A stretch of 64,000 nt of DNA, from positions 8,003,412 to 8,067,411 of the forward strand of contig MU054212.1 of assembly GCA_013239625.1 (NCBI GenBank), read 5' to 3'. Origin of the DNA: Lama guanicoe. Its lineage: Eukaryota. Below, piece by piece: positions 40,107 through 50,735 of this stretch (positions are counted from its first letter, which is position 1; each line of letters begins with the position of its first letter). The notes under the pieces were generated by a model that saw only the letters and a program-made list of their open reading frames with translations, was not told where the DNA came from and made no database searches. A program made the translations under genes and the position numbers.

Positions 40107-40217
40107 TAACAGAGAACAAGTCACCAGGAAATTGAATAAGCATACATATATCTCCTCCCTCGAACCATTTGTCCTCAGCTTCCCTCACTTCCGCCTCATA
40201 TCAAACGTCAGTAGTAT

Positions 40218-40302
40218 GGGGTAGGGTATAGCTCAGTGGTAGAGCGCATGCTTAGCGTGTGCAAGGTCCTGGGTTCAATCCCCGGTACCTCCATTTTTTT
40301 TA
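40218..40302 (+). mobile_element. tRNA-derived SINE (Vic-1-like)
   Basis: gtatagctcagtggtagagcgc…gggttcaatcccc. Degenerate TSD gtcagtagta/gtcaatagta. Confidence 0.88.
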
Positions 40303-41715
40303 AGATGTCAATAGTAGAAGAGTGACAGACATCATCAAGAAATGTTGGGGGAGCTGTAGGCTCACACTCAGCAGAGTGTGGATGGACAGATTGTCATATA
40401 TACTAAAGCATATTAATCCATCTGCGAATTCACTGGATATAACACGTGCAATTGGAAATAAATGTAATTAGTAACTCATCCTTAAGGGAACGCATTTTCT
40501 CTTTGGAGATTATTCAACTGCCATGTTTATTTTTCTTCTGTTTCCCCTCCCTGTGTTTTGTTGGGGTTCTAAGAGTTCGGGGCTGTTTGCCTGGTCGAGA
40601 TCTGTTGCCTCCCCGACCCCAGTGGGTTATTTATCACATCAGGCTTTCTGTCCGATGGGTAGACAAGCTGTCTCCACCTTCTTAAGTCAGCAGTGGCCCT
40701 CTCTTACTCTGTTGGCAGAAGAAAGAAAAGCAGAGAGAATAAACTCTCCTCTCCTCATCTGTTTATGGATTCAGTTTAGAAATACTTTCCCAAGAAGAAT
40801 ATAGCAAGAAGGAAGCCATAACCCCACCTTGACAGTATAAAATAGAGGTTCTGGAATGTTCCCTTAGTCTTTTCCATTTAACAGCCGCATTTCAGAAGCA
40901 ACCCCAGGGTAGGCCTAGTCATGCAAAGCAAACAGTGATCAGATCCGTCAACGCTGCTGAAATAAAGTTGCCTTGAGGCAGAGCAAGGAGGATGCTCTTC
41001 GTTTGGGATTTCTGTGGTCTGTCCGCAGAAGGGAATTGGCCTGGATGAAGGCCCAGGGTGTCTCCAGGAACTCTGAGGGAGGATATTCCTCCACCTGCCT
41101 CATTTGGCTCTGCTGCATGGAGGGAGAGAGAGAGCTGGTTAATTAATCAATGTTCTGGTTCGTGCTGTTAGAGGCAGCTGTTGGCCTCCCTCTTGGAGCC
41201 TATGTGGGTTTCTGAATTTTGGTGACAACAGTAACTGAATTTTTAGTTTTTTTTTTTTAAAGAGAGAGAGTCTTTCATACATGGTAGATTTTTCATTTGT
41301 TTTAATGAATTAGGAATTTAACCTGACAGGAGCAAAATGAAGGGAAATTCTATAAACAGCGTCAGCTCCAACTGGAGGTCGTGCCATCTCTGGTCAATCT
41401 TAAGCTCCTTCTGTCTCTCCTTTCCTTTCCATACCCAGTGACGTCAAGGGAAAGGCAAAGCAAAGGGCTGGGAGATTATAACAGGCCCACGCAAGATACA
41501 TGCCCTGGGGAAGGTTGAAGTGGTTTTCCTGGACTGCTCTGTGAGCATTTAGTTGTTGGCTGGGTCAGAAAGTTACTTTCATTCATCAGACTCTCTCTGT
41601 GTTTCTCTCTCCGTCTATCTTTCTGCATGGCTTCCAACCAAATAATTCACCGGCTTGACTGCAGCACAGACTTGACATTGTCACCTTTCTTGTTTGTGTC
41701 CTTTGTCACCCGCAG

Positions 41716-41733
41716 GTCAGCTTGCAAGGTTGA
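41716..41733 (+). CDS. DTNA: Canonical alpha-DB1 C-terminus VSLQG*; the exon runs on to 41764 as UTR
   Basis: Acceptor tcacccgcag|GTC, TGA at 41731-41733, donor CAA|gtaagt at 41765, giving a 49-nt exon. Confidence 0.93.
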   Translation, partial: VSLQG

Positions 41734-42181
41734 ATGCAATATCCTTTTATCACTCTCCTCTCAAGTAAGTACCCCCCAGTAGGAGGAAACGTGGCCACTG
41801 TACACTGAATTCTGATAACTTGTCACCCGCGTTCACAAGCACTGTCTCTTAGGTTTTCTCTATGATGAAATATCCTCCTTCCCTGCTGGTATCAAAGAAT
41901 CACCCTGGCCTACGTAAGCATTTCATTATAATCCAGTGAAGATTTGGCAGGCAAACTTGGGAGTTGACTTTATTCATTTGGAAGACTGGCACAGAAACGT
42001 TTATAACATCAGAGAGGCCCCTGAAATTTGTGACGGTGAAGTCACAACAGCATCCAAGTTTTCAGCCTCGCTTGCGCTTGAGAGAGAATAGCCCAGATCT
42101 GTTGAGCACCTGCAGAGATGAGTAAGCTCCTTAGTGCTCAGCGCCCCGGAGATCGAGGTGTGCACCTTAACAGGTGGCCGC

Positions 42182-42360
42182 GGGAGTCGGGGATAGAGCT
42201 CCGCGGTGGGGTGCCTGCTTAGCATGCAAGGGTTCCTGGGTTCAGTCCCCAGTACTGCCATTAAAAAAGTAAAATAAACCATAAAAATAAATAAACAAAT
42301 ACATCTAATTACCCCCCGCCAAAAAAAACTAAAACAAAACAAATCTAAGGGAAAAAAAAG
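42182..42360 (+). mobile_element. tRNA-derived SINE (Vic-1-like, diverged)
   Basis: tgcttagcatgcaagggttcctgggttcagtcccc, then an A-rich tail containing ctaattacc. Confidence 0.8.
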
Positions 42361-44683
42361 TGAAAGCAAAAGCATGTATTATTAAGGAAAACAAGCAAAG
42401 CAAAATGGAGAGGTAAGCTTTTGCCGTAGCCGCTTCGAGGCCACTGTGGAATTCAGCAAGATATAAATTAATTTAAAATAGCATTTATGTGGCGTGTGAT
42501 TCTCCCAGCTTCAAGGGTCTACCTAAATACATGGGAAATCCTCCGTAATTTCTTTTAACGATCGGCAGGGTCACTTGACTGTAGTGATCTGAAGTTTAGT
42601 CTCTGGATTCTAAAAGACTGATGTCAAATCATGTGTTTCACCAAGTCCCAGCAGCTTAATCCTCGACAGATTACTAGGCCTCTAAGAGCCTCCATTCCCT
42701 CTGTACAATGTGTATCGTAATACCTAAATCACAGAGAGGCTGTCCTCACTGGGGTGTGGTTTTTAAAGACTTACCATAGTGGCAGACGCGCTGTAGCTTT
42801 ATGCCGAGCACACCCATACATGCCTAGCACTCTGCTCAGTGCTTTACAAGCAGTTCAGTCCCTGGGAGCGGCTACTTTTGTGAATGAGGCCGGAACTCAG
42901 CTTTGTACAAGGATTTGAAACACCTCCAGCTACCCTGCCCCGTGAGTCTAGACGGTTTCTCTGTCTCCAGCTGGTGGCCAGTTAGACGTCCCACATTACA
43001 ATTCAAAGCTAACACGCCTCTCACAGTCCTCTGGCTGCGTGAGCCGAAGGACTGGCACCTACTCTAATTGTACAGCCCTTTCCCACCCATGGGATCCCGT
43101 CAGTCTGTAGCATAGTTCACAGTAAGCTCTGCCTGCCAAATTGAAAAAGGGGACATAGATCTCCTTAATGACATATCCATTAGTAAAGAATACACTCCAG
43201 CTCAAACACTACTGACCTCCCGTCTCAGTCCTCAGGCTAAGAGTAAGCAAGTAACAATTGAGGCATAATTGTTATTATGAAACGGACCTTTTGAGCTGGG
43301 AGGCCCGTTTGGTGTAAAAGGAAGGATCTCACCGAGTGTGTGCTAGTCTGCGTCCCTTGGGCTTGAGAATGCCACACCACGTGTCCTCCTGATTCATGAT
43401 GACTACGGGGGAAAAAATTCCCAGGAGCTGTTTCTGAAAATACTCACTCCAGTTATAACAAATCTAGTCCCAAAGGAGCAAGCCTTTTCCTTACATAGCA
43501 TTTTCTTTCTCTGAGCTCCAGCAATTTGATCATTTTTGCTCTGCACATTATTTAAACATCCGTAGGTAGTGCTTAGAAAAATATACTTTTTCGAAAGCCT
43601 AAGAAAATGCCCTTGACACACACCCAGATAAAAAAGTGGTATTTGGTTCTCGTTCATAAACATCAAAGATTTCAGTACTCTGAAAGTTCTTAAACCATTT
43701 TTTTAATCTTTTGATGCCAATCTGGCAGTGAAAAATTAAAGCAGTTGTGGCCTATGCCATTTATTGCATCCCGTACCTAACTAGCTGGCATTCCACAGGC
43801 CACTAAATATAAACCAGCCTGTCAGTAAATCAGCAAGTCAGACAAAATTCGTTTAGGACCTGACAGAACACTGCAGAAGCTAGTGGCTTTCCATGTTTGC
43901 AGCTAGTTCTAACCCACTGTCGTTTTTCTTGATGTAGCCAAGAAATACAGCTGAAATTTTTTAATGGTTTGTGCTATTGAAATCTATTTGTTTGGACTTT
44001 CCTGGCTACACTGCAAGATCAGAAATTATCCCAAAGTACATGCATCTCTTAGCCAAGGGTCCTGAAGCCGATTTCATCAGCTCACAGTCAATTAGCATCT
44101 ACCAAGCTGAGCCCCACATGACTAAGGGGCAAAAGGTGGGACTCCAGAAGCGCGGAGGACCCCTTCTCTGCTCAAGAAGAGCCTTCGGCCTGTTTGGAGA
44201 TAAACATGCATTCATCGACACACTAACAAGAGTGAATAGAGTGAAACCTGACTTACTGCTTTTCCGCTGGCCATGATGGAAGAAACAGTTTACATGAAGG
44301 TTAGCACTCAGCATAGAGTTCACCAAAATTCCATTTGTGCCCAGTCCAACCTTGAGTTGGTCCCTTTTCCATCCCTCTGGCCACATGGTACTCCACTCAC
44401 CTTGGCCAGCCACATCCTAACTTCAGACATTGGGGGATTAGAAGATCCAAAGTGGATTTGTTTTTAAAAATGAGCATGGCATCCTGGTAATGAGTCAGTG
44501 CTTCCACCTCCTTGTCCAGAGGACAGCACAAATAGCTCTGTTTACGGTGCTTACACCCTCCAGGTGCCTCGGGTACCCATGAGGCAAGAGACTCAGCGGG
44601 AGGAGGAGTCTCATCCTTTCTTCTTTCAGAAGGTGCAGTAGCACACAGTGTCCCAGAACATTCGTTCCTGGTGTCAGAGGAAG

Positions 44684-44730
44684 GGAGAGAGAGAGAGAGT
44701 GTGTGTGTGTCTGTGTGTGTGTGTGTGTCT
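44684..44730 (+). repeat. (GA)n(GT)n compound microsatellite
   Basis: gagagagagagagagtgtgtgtgtgtctgtgtgtgtgtgtgtgt. Confidence 0.9.
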
Positions 44731-46326
44731 CAGGGAAAAAGGGGGGTTCTAAGCCTCATAACCCTAATTGAGAAAACAGTTTCCATCTTTAAAAGAAAAA
44801 TTACACATTGCTTATTCCCAGGCAAGCTATAGTCAGACAGATGATGAAAGGGACAGGAGAGCTGGTGATGAAGGACTGAGCTGCACCCACCCCCCCAGAG
44901 GAGAAGACGACAGCCGGGCAGCCGGGCAGCAGCCTCACCTCACGGAAGAGAGGAACCACCGCCCGCAGCAGCTCCCGACAGACCCCCCACCCCACCCCCT
45001 AAATTCATGTTCTGCCGACTCTAGTGCAGCTCACTTTTTGTTCCAAGATCTGTAGTTCACAGGTGTGTGTTTTGAGAAGGAAAAAAGAAAAAAGACTTCT
45101 GTTCAAAGCTAACTTATCAGCTTACATCCTCTGTAACATGGCTCATCCCTCGAAATGAAAACCCAGGCTGAAAACTCAGGCTGCGGTTACTCACGATGGC
45201 AGTATTAACACGCATCTTAAGCCTTCGTACATGACCCTGAACCTGGTCAGTTTACGACGACAATATGAATACTGTTTATAGCTAGACGTTCAATTTCCGA
45301 ATTCTCTGAGATTTTAGCAAGACAGTTGATTATATACACTGTACATTTTTTTTTCCATAGCAACTGGAAAAAAACAACCACTTGGCATTATTCACTAAGC
45401 CTGAAGGGTTTGGTGCCTGGGTGCACAGACCCAGCCCCGAAGCCAAGCAGGGTCCTCGGCCAGCACGGTCTGGGTTCGTCTCCAGGTCTCTGAGAGCAGA
45501 GGCTGGACGCAAACACACCAGGATCATCCAGTCTTCGGGGCCTCTTTCCAGCTTGGGGTTGTTTTCTTTCAAGAGAACTCTTAACCAATCAGCCATAGAG
45601 TTTAGTGTAAATATTTTTTTTTTCCAAATAGATATCATATTCAAAAAAAAAGAGACAACATTCAAATTATATAGAATCTAGTTTTTAAAATCAGCACAGA
45701 TCTTCTTAAAAACTGTGAACTCTGTTTTGAAATACTCGTTACTAAAGCTGTTTATAAACCACAGGTGCCATAAGACTCCCCAAAACGGACTCAGATTCTC
45801 TGCTCTTCCCCGGGCTCGATCCTCTCGGTGTAGCTTTAGGGAGCATGTTTCTAACAGCACCGTTCGTCCATACGTTCCCCTATCAGGTCGTTCGGAGGCC
45901 TTTCAGCTTTAAATGTACAGGCTTAAAGTGCGCTTGCAAACGTTTGCTCTCCTTTTATTTCTGAATGTGTATTGCCTTAGCTGGCTACCTGGTGTATGCA
46001 TGCAGCCTCCTGTGGTCATGTGAGAGGAAACAGGCTCTTCGAAGCAGAGTTGGGATTTTGCACTCTGTGAAAAGCTGATGTGCAAAAGAACAGGTCAGAG
46101 GAGGGAGGAGGAAAGACTGTCGATGGTCCTTTCCGAGGGCCCTTTTTTGGGGGAGCGCTAAAGATCTCCCTTAGGGGATTCTGGGGAAATGAAAAACTAA
46201 CCTTCTACTTGTTTAAAGATTCGATGAACTAAAAATCCTGCAACGTAGTGGATACATTATACTTAAATTGGCAGCTTCTCTGGATTCCTGATTCTCCTTT
46301 AAGGGAAAGAAGAGAACATTTTAGAA

Positions 46327-46518
46327 CAGCGGTTCTCAAAACGTGTTCCCTGGGCCCGCAGCAGCGTCAGCAGCACCTGGGAATGGATTAGAGCTGTGGG
46401 TTCTTAGACCCTAACCCAGGTCGACTGAGTCAGAAGTCCTGGGGGCAGGGCCTGGCAATCTGTGTTTGAATAAGCCCTCCAGGTGATTCGGATGCACACC
46501 AAAGTTTGACAACCACTG
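46327..46518. mobile_element. Full-length MER5A-like element in the 3' UTR
   Basis: TIRs cagcggttctcaaa…tttgacaaccactg and an 8-bp hAT-type TSD ttttagaa/ctttagaa. Confidence 0.85.
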
Positions 46519-47403
46519 CTTTAGAATAAAGTTGTATAAGAAAATCCCTGAAAAGACCTTATTCAGAATAAGCAAGACAGGCTTTGGGTCAACCTCAAAG
46601 CTTCAGCAACTCAATTTTGCTCCCAGGGCTGGCAAAAACCTCCTCCCACCCACATCATCAGTGGTTGATGGGTGCCCAGCTGAGCACAGACACCCTGACA
46701 TCTTCCAGCCTCCTCTCTAGAGGGTTCTAAGATGTTTGTGTCTCTGCGTTCGGTCAGAAATCACCCCCTCGGCTGCCCTGTGGGACTAAATCACTTGCCT
46801 TGAGGATCGCGAAGCTCTGGGTTGACTCCAGCCAGGAGCCTGTTCTGTCCACTGATGTACTTAATCCTGTTTCCCTCCGGAGAACCAGCCTGGCAGATAC
46901 CCCTGAGAACAGGCTGGCACCAAAGCGGCACAGCTGCCCAGTTCTCACATCTCTTTGCACAGATGGATTTTATTGCGGGTTTTGTTGGTAGATCTTATTC
47001 ATCTCTCTTTCCACCGCCCATCCCCTGTGAAACCTTACCTCGCTAGATGGAGCAGGTGGCCACTTGTGCCTCATACTCAGTACCTAAAACCACTGCATCC
47101 TGGCTGCCTGCATTGCCGTCAGCTCTAGATCATAGCCGGGTAGTTCTTGACCCCAGAACTCTGACCCTGCAAGTGGCATTCAGCCACCCGCTGGACCGAG
47201 CTGACAGGTGTGGTCATTTTGTGTTTCTACATCAAAACGTTTGTCTAAGGTCTGAACTGTTTTGCTGATAACCTTCCCCCTGTCCTATTGCCAACTCCAT
47301 CACACGGTTGTTGATAACCATCGTCCAAAGCCATTGCAAGGACTCTGGAAACTGCTGCCAATGACCAGTTCCTGACTAACCAGCCGCCTTTTCTTTCTCT
47401 TAG

Positions 47404-47544
47404 CTCCACGTCAGCACTGAGACCAGACTCAAGCACCCCTGTCCTGTAAACGAGACAAAATGGCGTGTGTTGTTTTGGGTTTTTGTGTTACTCGGTGGGT
47501 TTCTTTCCCTGGCTCTCCAGATCTACTTGTGGGGCCTGTTCTAA
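47404..47544 (+). CDS. DTNA: Alternative terminal coding segment LHVSTETRLKHPCPVNETKWRVLFWVFVLLGGFLSLALQIYLWGLF* (putative tail anchor)
   Basis: Branch point ctGACTAAC (47372-47380), then ccttttctttctcttag|CTC. In frame with the phase-0 donor at 39646. TAA at 47542-47544. Confidence 0.7.
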   Translation, partial: LHVSTETRLKHPCPVNETKWRVLFWVFVLLGGFLSLALQIYLWGLF

Positions 47545-48470
47545 GTGCAAATCCAGCAAGTGTCACCTGTCTTGTCCATTAGATATATCTTGGCGGGGGC
47601 TGTTTCTTTCTTGTTCCACAATGAATTGCACATCCATCTCCATTAGGGATGATGGCCTGTTCGTGAGCACTGGTCTAACACAGCCAGCCCTTCCCTGCAG
47701 CGCCATGTTAGCGGAGGGAGGGAGGACTATGGAATCTACTGGAGGGGATTCAGGAATCAGTTGTGGTTGGTCAGGACGGAAGTCGGGGTACGTTTGGTTG
47801 GTCAGAGGGAGATGTGCTGGAGATTGTGAAAAATGGATTCTCGAACGATCTACTATCAGGCAGGGAAGGTCCCTTTGTAAGTAGTAATGTGAACTGAATT
47901 ACATGAAGAGTGTGGCCTTTGTTGTGATAGCCTATGTATTTTCTTATATGCATGAGCCCAGCTGTTGCATCATAATTTAGCACTGATGTCTGCTTTTATT
48001 TTGATCATCTTTGTCCACCCTTATTAGTTCTTGGCTGTTACCTGTAGATAGACGTTGTAAATACGGCAACCTTCGGTTGCTGCAGTCACCTTGGTTCAGT
48101 TCCGCGCAAGGAGCCACAAACAAGAACTCCACTGTGTCCTCAGAAGAAAGGGCATTTCTACCTTTGAACCAAAAAGAGGGGGAAAAAAATCAGAAGCATT
48201 ACATCCTGAGGCTAATTAACTGTAAGAGATTTTTAATGATGACTACTGTAATTTGACACCATTTAAAATAACCAGTTCAGAGACACTAAAGATTTCACAA
48301 GATTCATTGGTATTGTAACAAAACTACTATTGTATGGGTTTTTTGTATTGCTGTTAAGTATTGTTTTGTGTGTATGTGTGTGTGTTGGAACCTCCTGGGA
48401 ACATGTTATATTTTGAAGTGATTAAACTATTTAATTGTGTGTCTATATTTTGGAATGGAATTATTTCTTC

Positions 48471-48522
48471 ATTAAAAAATGTTTTTAAAAACACTATATC
48501 TTGTGTGTTCTGTGTCTTTGTT
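48471..48522 (+). terminator. Distal DTNA polyadenylation site
   Basis: ATTAAA at 48471-48476, followed about 25 nt later by the GT/T-rich element ttgtgtgttctgtgtctttgtt. Confidence 0.7.
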
Positions 48523-49018
48523 TCGATGAATTTTCCCTAAAGCAACACGAGGTTAGTCTGGTTAAAGGAGAAAGTCCACAGGTCAGTTTTTGCACCGCCG
48601 ATTGAGTATCAAGCAGTTGAGGCAAAACACCTCACCTTTTCCTGCCCTTGGGGATGCAGTTTTTTTAAATGAGATACTATTCTGCTGCTCATGGGAAGCC
48701 TTGTTATAATCAATGTCAGGGTGCGTTTGGGAATACCCATCGCTAACGTGTTTTGTTCCACTTTATATCAGAGACTGTTATTAGCGCTTTACGTTTCTTC
48801 CCTCCATCCTTTGAATCCGCAGCATCTAGCCAAGTGTGGGGCAGACACCTTACGGTAATAACGAGTGTTCATTCGCCTGAATCTTTATCTATTCTGTGCC
48901 AAATAACATAGATTTATAATTAATTTTATGCATTTGTCTTTTACATAATGTCGAAAGTAAAAAATAGTGGTTACAAACCAAAAATACAATTATCTTCCAT
49001 TTCCACCCCAAGTGGGTA

Positions 49019-49682
49019 TGTTGGACTTCACTTCTGACACTAACTACCCAGAGGTTAAGGATAAAGTCCTCCACAAGATTGCCCCCACTTTCGGATGTCA
49101 GTGGGACTACCCACAATTCTGACTGGCTATAAATTCAGGGGTTCCCATGACCCCCTCAGGTTTGATAATTTGTTAGAACAACTCACAGACTTCACTGAAA
49201 GCACCATACTTTCTATTATGGTTTTATCATAAAGGATCCAGATCAAGAATAGTCAAATGAAGAGATACGTGGGACAAGGTCTAGGGGAGCCAGGCAGGAT
49301 ACTGAGCTTGTACGCCCTCTCCTTGCAAAATCTGGCCACACCACCATCCCAGAAAAGCAATATTCACCAACCAGGAGGCCTCTGTTTCCAGAGACTTTAT
49401 CAGGACAGCAATAGGTAGGCATAACTGATAAACAAATTGAATTCAGTCTCTGGCCCCCATTCCTCTTCCTGGAGGTCAGCCTGGCCCAAATTTTCAACCA
49501 TCTAACCCCAAGGTCCATTCTTCTGGTGACCAGCCCCCATGCTGAAGCTGTCCAGGACCCAGGTTGAGTTACTCCATTAGCATAACAAAGGAACTCCTGT
49601 CATTCAGAAAATTCCAAGGGTTTTTGAAGCTCTGTGCCAGGAGCCAGGGACAAAGATCAGATATATTCTTTACTGTACCACA
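49019..49682. mobile_element. MER21-like LTR
   Basis: Motifs ttctgacactaactaccca…ggctataaattcaggggttcccatgacccc…gaaattccaagggtttt; ends tgtaccaca. Confidence 0.6.
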
Positions 49683-49689
49683 CCATCAT

Positions 49690-50150
49690 ACTCAATTTTA
49701 CATGTGCCCATATAGTTAACCTTTTCAGGGGACCTTTATTTCTCATACACTGTTGAGTTACTGTCTAGTGTCCTCTCACTTCAACTTAAGTACACCCTTT
49801 AGCATTTCTTGCAGGGCACTTCTACTGATAATGAACTCCCTTGACTTTTGTTTATCTGAGAATGTCTAAATTTCTCCTTCATTTTTGAAGGACAGTTTTA
49901 CCAGCTATAGAATTCTTGGTTGATAGGTTTTTCTTTCAGCACTTTAAATATGTCATTCCACTGCCTTCTGGTTTCCATGGTTTCCGATGAGAAATAACTG
50001 GGGCTCCCTTGACTGTGGCAGTCGCTTCTCTCTTGCTGCTTTCAAGATTCTCTGTTAGCCCTTGGTTTTCAACAGTTCGATTGTAATGAGTCTCGATGTA
50101 GATCTCATTGAGTTTCTCCCGCTTGATGTTTGTTGAGCTCCTTGAATGCG
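49690..50150 (-). mobile_element. Old L1 fragment (ORF1 region)
   Basis: tttagcatttcttgcaggg…gaattcttggttgatagg…tgctgctttcaagattctc. The minus-strand ORF 49936-50166 contains the L1 ORF1-like remnant ENLESSKRE. Confidence 0.7.
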
Positions 50151-50169
50151 TCGAAACAAACCCCACAGA

Positions 50170-50735
50170 TGATTTTGCCAGGAGATTAGTTAGGATGTCA
50201 CTGCAGTAATCCAGGCAAAAGAGATGATGATAGTTTAGACTAAGTGTAGAGGGAAAGTGGTCATATTATAAATATATTTTGAGGGTAAAACCAACAGGTT
50301 GTGTGAATGCATTGTATGTGTGTGAGAGAAAGAGAGGAGACAAGGAGGCGACTACAATTTGGGAGCTCAGATAGCTGGGGGAATGGAGCTGCATTACTGA
50401 GATGGAGAAGACTGGATGGGGAGAATTTCAGGAGCTCAGCTGTGGACGTAATACATTTGAGAAGCCTATCACTCATCCAGGTGGAAAGAGGGAGTAGTGT
50501 TAGGAATCTAAGCCTAGACTTCGGGAGGGACCGTTAGACTGGAGCTATAAATCTTGGATGGAGATGCTCAAGGAGATTGAGTAGGAGTGGACAGAAAGGA
50601 AGACTTCAGGAGCTGTGGTGACATAGAAGCCAAGTGCTGGAAGTGTTTCAAGGTGGAGGCACGATCAACTATGCTGAGGGCGGCTGACAGGTCAGGTAAG
50701 ACGAGAACAAGGAACTGATGCATCACGTGTGTGTT
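50170..50735. mobile_element. L2 fragment (similar degraded L2 pieces at about 6560-7110, 14250-14720 and 18950-19400)
   Basis: L2-typical motifs gcagtaatccaggcaaaagagatgatg…gaagtgtttcaagg…gctgacaggtcaggtaagacgagaac. Confidence 0.6.

Larger units (their letters stand above)
1..48495 (+). other. DTNA: DTNA (dystrobrevin alpha) gene, 3' portion; the 5' part lies outside the window
   Basis: Thirteen coding exons or exon parts splice in phase into recognisable alpha-dystrobrevin sequence (…DEHVLIGLYVNML…RLDEEHRLIARYAARL…[32 protein letters not shown]…DEAYQVSLQG*). The 3' end is inferred from ATTAAA at 48471. Confidence 0.97.
44822..48495 (+). other. DTNA: Probable terminal exon / long 3' UTR of alpha-DB1
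   Basis: Candidate acceptor cttattcccag|GCA at 44822 (other candidates at 45048 and 45063). Largely repeat-free. Ends after ATTAAA at 48471. Confidence 0.6.

Noticed and set aside
45048..45110. Alternative acceptors at 45048 and 45063 giving a short basic tail (…RRKKKKTSVQS*)
   Set aside because: The AGs are plausible, but nothing in the sequence favours them over 44822. Junction data are needed.
47465..47884. 139-aa + strand ORF overlapping the TM-like exon
   Set aside because: It has a GTG start, lies in a different frame from the splice-compatible one and has no protein-like features.
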